Below, one piece after another: positions 48,251 through 56,797 of a stretch of 64,000 nucleotides of DNA. The stretch is from assembly GCA_964634435.1 (NCBI GenBank), contig CAZWJM010000001.1, forward strand, positions 2,304 to 66,303, given 5' to 3'. Position 1 is the first letter of the stretch. Each line of letters begins with the position of its first letter. A program made the position numbers and the translations under genes. Source of the DNA: an uncultured Oscillospiraceae bacterium (GTDB lineage Bacteria > Bacillota > Clostridia > Oscillospirales > Oscillospiraceae). The notes below the pieces were generated by a model. It was not told where the DNA came from and did no database searches. It worked only from the letters and a program-made list of their open reading frames with translations.

Positions 48251-49504
48251 ATGGCAATATGGCATGTAAACGGAGGAAAGCGCCTGAGCGGAGCGTGCTT
48301 TGTTCAGGGCTCAAAGAACGCGGTCCTGCCGATATTGGCTGCTTCCGTCGTGTGCCCGATGGAGACCGACCTGCTGAATGTTCCGCAGCTGAGCGATGTT
48401 GAGGCATCGCTTAGGATACTGCGCCGCCTCGGCTGCATTGCCCAGCAGCAGGATAATGACGTGTACATAGATTCGCGCAATATAACATCAAATGTTATTC
48501 CGCAGAGCATGATGGAATGTATGCGCTCATCGGTGCTTTTCATGGGCGCGCTGCTTGCAAGATGCGGCGAGGTGCGCATGTCGGCCCCCGGCGGCTGCAA
48601 GCTCGGTGCGCGGCCTATAGATATGCATATTGACGCAATGAGGGCACTCGGCGCAAGCGTTGAGGAGAGTGGCTGTGAGATAGTGTGCAGGGCAGATAAG
48701 CTGCACGGTGCGCACATAGCGCTTCCATACCCCAGTGTCGGCGCGACGGAAAACGCCATGATAGCGGCATGCGCCGCCGAGGGCGAGACAACGTTAACGG
48801 GAGCAGCGCGTGAGCCGGAGATAGAAGATCTGCAGGAATATCTGCGAAAGGCGGGCGCGTATGTTTCGGGCGCAGGCACGGGGACAATAGTTATATCCGG
48901 CTTTGAGCCTGAGCATCACGTCGGCCATAGGGTAATACCCGACAGGATAGCGTCAGCAACATTTTTGTGCGCTGCGGCTGCCGCAGGCGGCGATATTGAG
49001 CTTCGCGGGGTTGATTTAAGGCAATTTTCGCGTTTGCAGCACTTCCTAAAGCAGGCCGGCTGTGATATAATATCCTCACGCCGCAGCGTAAGACTCATAT
49101 CCGATGGCAGGCTCAGCGCCGTCGGCAAAGTGACCACAGGGCCGTATCCCGAGTTTCCGACGGATATGCAGCCGCTGCTTATGGCAGCCCTGCTGAAGGC
49201 CTCGGGGCGCACGGACATTGTCGAGAACGTCTTTGACTCACGCTTTGGCCACGCAAAGGAGCTTGCACGCTTCGGCGCGGATATAACTGTTGACGGAAGA
49301 CGCGCCTGCGTGTGGGGCGTAAAAAGCCTGCATGGTGCTGTCGTCAGCGCGGGCGACCTTCGCGGCGGTGCCGCAATGCTTATTTCGGCGCTGTCTGCCG
49401 ATGGTGAAAGCCTTGTTGTTGACGCTGGACACATAGCGCGCGGCTACGAGCATTTGGATAATAAGCTCCGCTATCTCGGGGCGGACATATATTTGGAGTT
49501 ATAA
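48251..49504 (+). CDS. murA: UDP-N-acetylglucosamine 1-carboxyvinyltransferase (paralog 2, MurAB/MurZ-like)
   Basis: VQGSKNAVLPILAA. Active-site loop PGGCKLGARPID with Cys. 417 aa. Confidence 0.9.
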   Translation: MAIWHVNGGKRLSGACFVQGSKNAVLPILAASVVCPMETDLLNVPQLSDVEASLRILRRLGCIAQQQDNDVYIDSRNITSNVIPQSMMECMRSSVLFMGALLARCGEVRMSAPGGCKLGARPIDMHIDAMRALGASVEESGCEIVCRADKLHGAHIALPYPSVGATENAMIAACAAEGETTLTGAAREPEIEDLQEYLRKAGAYVSGAGTGTIVISGFEPEHHVGHRVIPDRIASATFLCAAAAAGGDIELRGVDLRQFSRLQHFLKQAGCDIISSRRSVRLISDGRLSAVGKVTTGPYPEFPTDMQPLLMAALLKASGRTDIVENVFDSRFGHAKELARFGADITVDGRRACVWGVKSLHGAVVSAGDLRGGAAMLISALSADGESLVVDAGHIARGYEHLDNKLRYLGADIYLEL

Positions 49505-49506
49505 TA

Positions 49507-50277
49507 ATGGCAAATACGAATGATTATTATCAGAAGCGGGAAGACCCGTATAAGCCGTCATTTAAGCGGAATGTCAACAGACCGCTGACGTTTTTCCTCG
49601 TTATCGTCGCGCTTATATTCATAATGAGCGTTTTCTTCAAGGTATCGAGCATTGAGGTCGTTGGAAACTCGATGTACACAGCCGAGGAAATAGTCAAAGC
49701 CTCCGGCATTGAAAGCGGGGATAACCTGTTCTTCATTAACGGCATAACTGCCGGCACGAGAGTCAAGGTTAAGCTTCCTTATGTCGATTCCGTTCAGGTA
49801 AGCCGCGGCCTGCCAAACCGCGTGACTATCGAAGTCACCGAGAGCAAGGCTGTCGGATATCTGAAGGTAGGGGAGGAGCTTTGGTCTGTAAGCGGAAGCG
49901 GCAAGCTTTTAAGCAGCATTGACCTTGACGATGGCGAGCATATTGCATATATAAGCGGCCTTGATGTTGAGGACGCTGCAACGGGCGAGCAGCTTGCCGT
50001 TTCGGAAGGCGACGAGGCAAAGCTTGAATATCTTCTCGATATTCTCTATCAGGTTCAGGCCCGCGGCCTTGTCGGCAAGGTCACTGCCATCGATGTATCC
50101 GAGGCCGAAAACCCCAGCTTTGAGTATGACAGCCGCTTCCTCATTAAGCTCGGTGCGAGGGACAACACCGAATACAAGTTCGGCAAAATGCTCTCGGCAG
50201 TATCCCAGCTTTCGGCAGATGACGCCGGAACGCTGGATGTTTCAGGCGGAGAAAAGGTCATTTTCAATCCGAATTAA
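49507..50277 (+). CDS. ftsQ: Cell-division protein FtsQ/DivIB
   Basis: N-terminal TM FFLVIVALIFIMSVFF, POTRA-like IEVVGNSMYTAEEIVKASGI, beta-rich C-terminal domain. Confidence 0.78.
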   Translation: MANTNDYYQKREDPYKPSFKRNVNRPLTFFLVIVALIFIMSVFFKVSSIEVVGNSMYTAEEIVKASGIESGDNLFFINGITAGTRVKVKLPYVDSVQVSRGLPNRVTIEVTESKAVGYLKVGEELWSVSGSGKLLSSIDLDDGEHIAYISGLDVEDAATGEQLAVSEGDEAKLEYLLDILYQVQARGLVGKVTAIDVSEAENPSFEYDSRFLIKLGARDNTEYKFGKMLSAVSQLSADDAGTLDVSGGEKVIFNPN

Positions 50278-50308
50278 TATTTTATTCACATAGATAAGGA
50301 AAAATCTA

Positions 50309-50337
50309 TTGACCTTACGTCTAAAAAGTTATAAAAT
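50309..50337 (+). promoter_or_regulatory. Sigma-A type promoter for ftsZ
   Basis: TTGACC-17 nt-TAAAAT, about 70 nt upstream of the ftsZ ATG. Confidence 0.55.
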
Positions 50338-50407
50338 GTTACATATCGCGAAAAAATGATTGCGGCACCTGCCGCAGCTTCTAAATAACTGTACTGGAGG
50401 ATACAAA

Positions 50408-51550
50408 ATGGATTTCAAAGCCGAAGTAGGCCCTGAAAATGTCGTAACTATAAAAGTCGTTGGTATCGGCGGCGCCGGTAACAACGTCGTAAATAGAATG
50501 GTCAAGTCCGGAACTCAGGGCGTTGAGTTCATTGCTGTTAACACCGATAAGCAGGCACTTGCCGTGTCCAGCGCCGATCAGAAGATCCAGATCGGTGAAA
50601 AGCTCACCCATGGTCAGGGCGCAGGCTCCGATCCCGAGATCGGCAAGAAGAGCGCTGAGGAAAGCCGCAACAATATCGCAAAGGCCGTTGAAGATGCCGA
50701 CATGGTGTTCATAACTGCCGGTATGGGCGGCGGCACTGGCACCGGTGCAGCTCCTACTGTCGCGGATATCGCGCGTGAGGCCGGAATACTCACAGTCGGC
50801 GTTGTAACTAAGCCCTTCAAGTTCGAGGGTAAGCGCCGTATGGATCAGGCAAACGAGGGCATTAAGGAGATGCTCGGCAAGGTCGACTCTCTGCTTATCA
50901 TCCCCAATGACCGCCTGAAGTACGCGACCGATCAGAAGGTCACGCTCGCAAACGCGTTTGAAATCGCCGATGATGTCCTGCGTCAGGCCGTCACCAGCAT
51001 TTCCGACCTTATTAAGAACACAGGCTTCATTAACCTCGACTTTGCTGACGTCACCTGCATCATGAAGAATGCCGGCTTTGCCCACATGGGTGTTGGCCGC
51101 GCGGCAGGCAAGGGTAAGGCAGAGGATGCTGCACGCATGGCAGTTGCAAGCCCGCTTATGGAGACCTCCATTAACGGCGCACATGGCGTGCTTATCAATA
51201 TAACCGGTTCTGAGGATATGGGCCTTGAGGATGTTGAGGCCGCTGCAAACCTCGTTCAGGAGGCTGCGCATCCCGATGCAAACATCATCTTCGGTGCAAC
51301 GTTTGATGATTCCATGCAGGATGAGATCCGCGTGACCGTTATAGCGACCGGCTTTGAAGAAGCACCCACTGCAAAGCAGCCCGCTCAGAACGCTGCAAAG
51401 GCAGAGCCGAGCTTTGACAAGCAGCAGGGCATGTTCACCGCCGCAAGCGAAAAGGCCGCTGAAAAGAAGAAGGAAGAGCCCGCCGCCGCACCCACCGGCG
51501 AGGAAGATCCCTTCGACAGCATATTCAAGATCTTCAATTCGAATAACTGA
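50408..51550 (+). CDS. ftsZ: Cell-division GTPase FtsZ (start at MDFKAE with ggagga RBS)
   Basis: GIGGAGNN, tubulin signature [16 protein letters not shown], disordered tail ending in the conserved C-terminal peptide [10 protein letters not shown]. Confidence 0.96.
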   Translation: MDFKAEVGPENVVTIKVVGIGGAGNNVVNRMVKSGTQGVEFIAVNTDKQALAVSSADQKIQIGEKLTHGQGAGSDPEIGKKSAEESRNNIAKAVEDADMVFITAGMGGGTGTGAAPTVADIAREAGILTVGVVTKPFKFEGKRRMDQANEGIKEMLGKVDSLLIIPNDRLKYATDQKVTLANAFEIADDVLRQAVTSISDLIKNTGFINLDFADVTCIMKNAGFAHMGVGRAAGKGKAEDAARMAVASPLMETSINGAHGVLINITGSEDMGLEDVEAAANLVQEAAHPDANIIFGATFDDSMQDEIRVTVIATGFEEAPTAKQPAQNAAKAEPSFDKQQGMFTAASEKAAEKKKEEPAAAPTGEEDPFDSIFKIFNSNN

Positions 51551-51557
51551 TATAGAT

Positions 51558-51590
51558 GAAAAGCTCCGCACAATGTGCGGAGCTTTTTTT
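51558..51590. terminator. Bidirectional rho-independent terminator between convergent ftsZ and csoR
   Basis: aaaagctccgcaca-atg-tgcggagcttttttt, with A and T runs on both sides. Confidence 0.85.
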
Positions 51591-51594
51591 AATA

Positions 51595-51984
51595 TTAATT
51601 TATATACTTATCGATTGCGGCATTGAGCTCTTCGATGAACTTATCGTCGCCGGTTTCGACGGCATCTGTGATGCAGTGCTCAAGATGATCCTTGAGAATG
51701 ACGCGCGCCGTGCTGCTCAGAGCTGAGCGCACCGCCGCAAGCTGGATGAGAACATCCGTGCAGTCACGCTCGTCCTCAACCATGCGCTTTACGGATTCAA
51801 GATGCCCGATAGCGCGCGAGAGCCTGTTTATAACGGCCTTGCTCTGCGTATGTGTATGCGAATGGTTGTGGTGCGGATGTTCGTGCTCGGCATGCTCTGT
51901 GATGTTTTCGCAGGGCTTATTGTCGTGGCAGTGGATTATTCCGTCGCCGTGGTCGTGGTAAAAGCCGTCGTCAGGTCTGTGCAT
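51595..51984 (-). CDS. csoR: CsoR/RcnR (DUF156) family metal-sensing repressor with a His-rich N-terminal extension (upstream ATG at 52017 is an alternative start)
   Basis: Core KAVINRLSRAIGHLESVKRMVEDERDCTDVLIQLAAV...DHLEHC carries the C...H-x3-C ligand pattern. gggggaa RBS precedes the 51984 ATG. The N-terminal roughly 45 aa are rich in His (HAEHEHPHHNHSHTH). Confidence 0.8.
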   Translation of the reverse strand: MHRPDDGFYHDHGDGIIHCHDNKPCENITEHAEHEHPHHNHSHTHTQSKAVINRLSRAIGHLESVKRMVEDERDCTDVLIQLAAVRSALSSTARVILKDHLEHCITDAVETGDDKFIEELNAAIDKYIN

Positions 51985-52054
51985 TAGTTTTTCCCCCGTA
52001 AAATCAGTGTATTGCATTAATAATACTTCAATTCAGGCAAAAAAGCAATAGATA

Positions 52055-52087
52055 TGAAAAACGGCCGGACTGCAATGCAGTCCGGCC
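52055..52087 (-). terminator. Rho-independent terminator after the flavoprotein gene
   Basis: On the minus strand: ggccggactgca-tt-gcagtccggcc followed by gttttt. Confidence 0.8.
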
Positions 52088-52100
52088 TTGAAATTTGAGC

Positions 52101-54800
52101 TTAGAGCTTATCAACAGCGTCCTTTATGGTCTTGATCGCGATCTTGCCGCCGCGCTTTGCCATACCGGCAATGAGGTGCGATGCAATATGCTCGACCTTG
52201 GGGGCGACGAATTCATCGACCCAAACGAGCTTTATCGCGTCAAACTTACACTTGGTCGTGCAGATGCCGCAGCCGACGCACTTGAGCTCATCGAGCACAA
52301 CAGCGCCGCAGCCAAGGCAGCGTTCGGTCTCCTTCTTCATCTGCTCCTCGGTGAAGGTGCCGCGCAGATCCTTCATCGTGCGCTTTGCCTGTGCCGCGCT
52401 GCCGTTGGCTGCCTTCTGACGCGGAGTTGCGTCGTAACCGCCGAGAGCGAGAGCTGCCGTGGTCTTATCAAGCGCCGAGAATACGCGCCTGTCACGGCCG
52501 AGGTTGAGCGTCTGGCCGGGATGGACATATCTGTGGATGGATATAGCGGCTTCCTTGCCGGCTGCTATAGCGTATATGACAAATGCGGGGCCAGTTACAA
52601 CGTCGCCGCCAGCGAAAACATCGGGCTCGCCGGTCTGATAGCTGAGCTCGTCGACCTTGACGCAGCCCTTCTTATCGGTCTTCATTGCGCCCATGTCGAT
52701 GCCGCCCCAGTCGATGGTCTGGCCGATAGCGCCTATTACATTGTCGACCTCGATGGTCTCAAATTCACCGGTGGGAACAGGTGCGCGTCTGCCGGAGGCG
52801 TCGGGAGTGCCGAGCTTCATAGTCTCAAGCTTGAGCGCCTTGACCTTGCCGTTTTCACCGATGATCTCAACAGGTGCGGACAGAAGCTTGAGCGTCATGC
52901 CCTCGCTGAGTGCATCCTCTATCTCTTCGGGATCGGCCTTGAGCTCATCTCTGCCGCGTCTGTAAACGAGCGTAACATTCTCAGCGCCGAGTCTTATTGC
53001 ACTGCGTGCAACGTCGACGGAAACATTGCCGCCGCCGATGACCGCAACGGACTTGCCGAGTGCCGGAGCCTTGCCTGTGAGGGTAGCGCGCAGGAAGTCA
53101 ACGCCGCCGTACACGCCATCAAGCTCCTCGCCCGGAATTGCGATGGGCGAAGATTTCTGAGCGCCTATTGCCATGTAGAAAGCCTTGTAGCCCTCGGCAC
53201 GGAGCTCGTTAAGGCTTACGTCCTTGCCGACTTCAACACCGGTCTTGAACTCAACACCGAGCTCACGCAGAACTTCGATTTCAGACAGGACAACGTCCTT
53301 TTCAAGCCTAAACGTCGGGATGCCCATAGTCATCATTCCGCCGAGCGTGTCTTCCTTTTCAAAGACCGTTACGGGGTAGCCCTTGACAGCAAGGTAATAT
53401 GCACAGCTAAGACCCGCAGGGCCTGCGCCGATAACGGCAATCTTCTGCGGATACATCTTGCCTATCTGATTAAGAAGCTTGGGCACGAAGCGGTGCTCTG
53501 CCTTCATATCCTGCTCGGCAATGAACTTCTTGATATCGTCTATCGCGATGGGGTCGTCAATGTCGCCGCGCGTACATGCATCCTCGCAGAACTTGGGGCA
53601 GACACGGCCGCAGATGGCAGGGAAGGGGTTTTCCTTCTTTATAAGCTCGAGGGCTTCCTGATATCTGCCCTGGGCTGCAAGCTTAATATAGCCCTGAACG
53701 GCGATATGCGCGGGGCAGTTAGTCTTGCAGGGAGCTGTGCCGGTCTCAACGACGTTCTCGCGATTTTCGCGCCAATCCTCGTTCCAGTGCTTCTTGGTCC
53801 ACATGAGCTCATCAGGGGTTTCGGATTTGCTGATGTTGAGCGGCTTTGTCGAGCACAGCTTCTGACCGAGGCGTAGAGCATTCATTTGGCAGTTTTCAAC
53901 GCACTGACCACATGCAACGCACTTATCCTTATCGACCTGGGCACGGTAGTTGGACTTCATTATGTTGGAGGTGTTGAACAGGCGGCCGCCGCGCAGCGAC
54001 AGGCAGGAGCACTCACAGCAGTTGCATATGCCGGATGCCTCACCAGTGCCGTCGATGTTCGAAAGCTCGTGGATAAGGCCGTTTTCCTCGGCGCGCTGGA
54101 GGATCTCATATGCCTCTTCCTTGGTTATTTCCCTGCCGTGGCCGGTCTTTATGTGGAAATCGGCAGATTTATTGAGCATGATGCACATATCCTGCTCAAG
54201 GTGGCCGCAGCCTTCGCCCATGATGCGGCGGGTGCGGCGGCAGGAGCAGTCCGTAACGGCGAGGCTCCATGCGTTTTCGATGTATTTACTCAGTTGGTCA
54301 GCCGGAACAGCGTGACGGTTAAGCTCAATAGAGTGCTGCACGGGCACAACTCTCATAACGCCCATGCCGCGGGGCAGGTTGGGGGTCATGAGCTTCATGT
54401 TCTTGTATGTATACTCATCAAAGCAGCGCGCTATCTCGGGGTGAGCCTCGACCTGCTCCTTGTTGCCGACCATCATCTCCATTATGCCCGGCACCCAGCA
54501 CGGCATCGTGAAGTATTCAACGCCGTCCTCGGGTTTTGTGTATCTTACAACAACGCCCTCCTCGCCAAGCTCATAGAGAAGCTTTTTGGTAACTTCGGGC
54601 GATTTGCCGCACTTTTTCGAAATGTAGTCGAGTGTGAGACTCGTGCGGACCTTACAGGCGAGAGCTACATCAGCCTGTTCGTCTGTGACGACTTCGGCCA
54701 GAATGCGATACTCGGGGTCTGACGGGACATTGGGTACGCCTGTGTGCGCTTCAAAGGTTATCTTGTTTGCAAGCGCGAGTATTTTCGGTCTGAATGCCAT
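52101..54800 (-). CDS. Multidomain Fe-S flavoprotein: Cys-rich N-terminal module, ferredoxin-like 4Fe-4S motifs, and a GltD-like NAD(P)H/FAD oxidoreductase
   Basis: 899 aa with agggagg RBS. Cys clusters CSCRR...GCGH...C and CNCCECSC. CVACGQCVENC. GltD-type PFPAICGRVCPKFCEDAC. FAD fold VIGAGPAGLSCA. NAD(P) fold VIGGGNVSVDVA. C-terminal CLGCG...CVGCGICTTKC. Confidence 0.8.
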   Translation of the reverse strand: MAFRPKILALANKITFEAHTGVPNVPSDPEYRILAEVVTDEQADVALACKVRTSLTLDYISKKCGKSPEVTKKLLYELGEEGVVVRYTKPEDGVEYFTMPCWVPGIMEMMVGNKEQVEAHPEIARCFDEYTYKNMKLMTPNLPRGMGVMRVVPVQHSIELNRHAVPADQLSKYIENAWSLAVTDCSCRRTRRIMGEGCGHLEQDMCIMLNKSADFHIKTGHGREITKEEAYEILQRAEENGLIHELSNIDGTGEASGICNCCECSCLSLRGGRLFNTSNIMKSNYRAQVDKDKCVACGQCVENCQMNALRLGQKLCSTKPLNISKSETPDELMWTKKHWNEDWRENRENVVETGTAPCKTNCPAHIAVQGYIKLAAQGRYQEALELIKKENPFPAICGRVCPKFCEDACTRGDIDDPIAIDDIKKFIAEQDMKAEHRFVPKLLNQIGKMYPQKIAVIGAGPAGLSCAYYLAVKGYPVTVFEKEDTLGGMMTMGIPTFRLEKDVVLSEIEVLRELGVEFKTGVEVGKDVSLNELRAEGYKAFYMAIGAQKSSPIAIPGEELDGVYGGVDFLRATLTGKAPALGKSVAVIGGGNVSVDVARSAIRLGAENVTLVYRRGRDELKADPEEIEDALSEGMTLKLLSAPVEIIGENGKVKALKLETMKLGTPDASGRRAPVPTGEFETIEVDNVIGAIGQTIDWGGIDMGAMKTDKKGCVKVDELSYQTGEPDVFAGGDVVTGPAFVIYAIAAGKEAAISIHRYVHPGQTLNLGRDRRVFSALDKTTAALALGGYDATPRQKAANGSAAQAKRTMKDLRGTFTEEQMKKETERCLGCGAVVLDELKCVGCGICTTKCKFDAIKLVWVDEFVAPKVEHIASHLIAGMAKRGGKIAIKTIKDAVDKL

Positions 54801-54933
54801 GAATTTTTCCTCCCTTTACTTCATCTTTGAAGTTACTATTTGACGCACAGTGTATAAACACCTATAAGTTAAGAATATCACTTTCTTGGAATTTGTCAAC
54901 ACAATGCTTATCTTGTGTCCGAAAATTAGCATG

Positions 54934-54975
54934 ATAAAAACCAGCGGAGCTCCAAACTGAATGAAGCTCCGCTGG
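54934..54975 (-). terminator. Rho-independent terminator of rnpB
   Basis: On the minus strand: ccagcggagct...agctccgctgg followed by tttttat. Confidence 0.8.
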
Positions 54976-54977
54976 TT

Positions 54978-55318
54978 TATGAGTGAGTCTGTAAGCCGGG
55001 TTCTGTCTTAAACGACCATCTATCTAATCCTGCCGTTGCCGACAGGCTTCAGCCGCCTCCTGAGGACGATCGGGCCGATCACATGTCCTCCCACGGCGTT
55101 GCTCCGGATAGAGTTTACAGCGTCAACATGTCTCCATGCGACGAGTGAGCTCTTACCTCGCTTTTCCACCCTTACCGATCGCTCGGCGGTATATTTCTGT
55201 TGCACTTGTCCGAGGGTCACCCCTGGCGGGCGTTACCCGCTATCCTTGCCCTATGGAGCCCGGACTTTCCTCACGTGCGTCCTTTCGGAATGCACCCGCG
55301 GTCGTTCGGCTCACTCAG
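54978..55318 (-). ncRNA. rnpB: RNase P RNA, bacterial type A
   Basis: Minus strand reads ...GAGGAAAGTCCGGGCTCCATAGGGCA...GGTAACGCC...GTGCAACAGAAA...GGTAAGGGTG...GGTAAGAGC...ACAGAACCCGGCTTA. P1 pairing GAGTGAG/CTCACTC at the two ends. Own promoter and terminator. Confidence 0.9.
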
Positions 55319-55324
55319 TTGATT

Positions 55325-55353
55325 ATTTTAACCATTTATCATGTTTAAGTCAA
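55325..55353 (-). promoter_or_regulatory. Sigma-A promoter of rnpB
   Basis: Minus strand TTGACT-17 nt-TAAAAT, ending about 7 nt before the predicted P1 5' end. Confidence 0.65.
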
Positions 55354-55363
55354 TAGAAATTTC

Positions 55364-55392
55364 TTGTCTTTAGGAGGCAGACGCCGTATAAT
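55364..55392 (+). promoter_or_regulatory. Sigma-A promoter of murD (divergent from rnpB)
   Basis: TTGTCT-17 nt-TATAAT, about 28 nt upstream of the murD ATG. Confidence 0.6.
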
Positions 55393-55419
55393 ATATAAGT
55401 TAAACGGAGGTTAAGTGAT

Positions 55420-56796
55420 ATGACTTTATCTGAATATATTGAGAGCATAAAACATAAGCGCATCGGCGTTATAGGCATAGGCGTGAGCAATCTGCCGCTT
55501 ATAAAAAAGCTGCTGAATGGCGGCTGCAATGTAACGGCCTGCGATAAGCGCACGGCGCAGGAGCTGGGAGACGATTATGCCGAGCTTTTGCAGCTTGGCG
55601 CCCAATTTAAGCTTGGCGAGGACTATCTTAAAGAGCTTGATTTTGACCTTATTTTCCGCACGCCGGGGCTTATGCCGTTTGATGAAAACCTGCTGGAAGC
55701 CAAGGCAAAGGGAGCAGAGCTGACCTCCGAGATGGAGCTTTTCATGAAGCTGTGCCCGTGCAGGATATTTGCCGTAACAGGCAGCGACGGCAAAACGACA
55801 ACGACGACGATCATATCCGAGCTTTTGAAGGCTCAGGGGTATACTGTTCACCTTGGCGGCAACATTGGTAAGCCGCTGCTGTGCGAGGTGGACGATATGA
55901 AGGATAGCGATGTTGCGGTCTTGGAGCTTAGCTCCTTCCAGCTCCACAGCATGAGCTGCAGACCCGATGTTGCGGTCATCACGAACATTTCGCCGAACCA
56001 TCTTGATAAGCACAAGGATTACCAGGATTATATCGACGCAAAAAGCGCCCTCTTCGCTCAGCAGGATGCCTCCTGCCGCCTTGTTCTAAACCACGAGAAC
56101 GAGTATTCTGCTTACTATGCAGACATGGCAAAGTCGGATATATCGTATTTCAGCCGCGTATGCGAGCCTGAAAACGGCGTATACTGCGCAGACGGCGTTA
56201 TTTACCGTGCGCACAATGGCGTAAAGGCTGAGCTTATGCACTCTGACGATATTAAGCTTCCCGGCACGCATAATCTTGAAAACTACATGGCCGCCTTTGC
56301 CGCAACGGATGGATATGTTGACGACAAAACATGCATCGAAGTTGCAAAAAGCTTTGCCGGAGTTGAGCACAGATTAGAGCAGGTGAGGGTATTAAACGGC
56401 GTTACGTTTATTAACGACTCCATCGGAACGAGCCCGACGCGCACGACGGCGGGACTTCACGCGCTTAAAGTTAAGCCCATACTCATTGCCGGCGGCTATG
56501 ATAAGCACCTGCCGTTTGACACTTTGGGCGATGAGATATGCAAGCACGTTAAAGCGCTGTATCTCACAGGCGCTACGAGCGATAAGATATACGACGCTGT
56601 TATAAATTCAAAATACTATACAGCAGACCTGCCGATAGCCAAAATGGATGACTTCCGGCAGACAGTTCTTGCGGCGGCCGCCGCTGCCGAAAGCGGGGAT
56701 ATTGTACTGCTGTCCCCGGCATGTGCCGCTTTCGATAAGTTTAAAAACTTTATGGAACGCGGTAAATACTTTAAAGAAATCATAATGGAGCTTTGA
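55420..56796 (+). CDS. murD: UDP-N-acetylmuramoylalanine--D-glutamate ligase
   Basis: N-terminal Rossmann IGVIGIGVSN and P-loop VTGSDGKTTTT. 458 aa. Confidence 0.92.
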   Translation: MTLSEYIESIKHKRIGVIGIGVSNLPLIKKLLNGGCNVTACDKRTAQELGDDYAELLQLGAQFKLGEDYLKELDFDLIFRTPGLMPFDENLLEAKAKGAELTSEMELFMKLCPCRIFAVTGSDGKTTTTTIISELLKAQGYTVHLGGNIGKPLLCEVDDMKDSDVAVLELSSFQLHSMSCRPDVAVITNISPNHLDKHKDYQDYIDAKSALFAQQDASCRLVLNHENEYSAYYADMAKSDISYFSRVCEPENGVYCADGVIYRAHNGVKAELMHSDDIKLPGTHNLENYMAAFAATDGYVDDKTCIEVAKSFAGVEHRLEQVRVLNGVTFINDSIGTSPTRTTAGLHALKVKPILIAGGYDKHLPFDTLGDEICKHVKALYLTGATSDKIYDAVINSKYYTADLPIAKMDDFRQTVLAAAAAAESGDIVLLSPACAAFDKFKNFMERGKYFKEIIMEL

Positions 56797-56797
56797 T

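Noticed and set aside
50381-51571. 396-aa ORF antisense to ftsZ, almost exactly co-extensive with it
   Set aside because: It is codon-aligned with ftsZ (phase 2 mod 3). This simply means ftsZ contains no TTA, CTA or TCA codons, a sign of strong codon bias in a highly expressed gene rather than a second gene.
52095-54722. 593-aa and 278-aa plus-strand ORFs covering the flavoprotein locus
   Set aside because: They are codon-aligned antisense frames of the 899-aa minus-strand gene. Only the minus strand shows Fe-S, FAD and NAD motifs, an RBS and a terminator.
55020-55356. 66-aa (-), 106-aa and 70-aa (+) ORFs
   Set aside because: They lie entirely inside the RNase P RNA gene and its promoter. 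The RNA identity explains the conservation-like look of this sequence.
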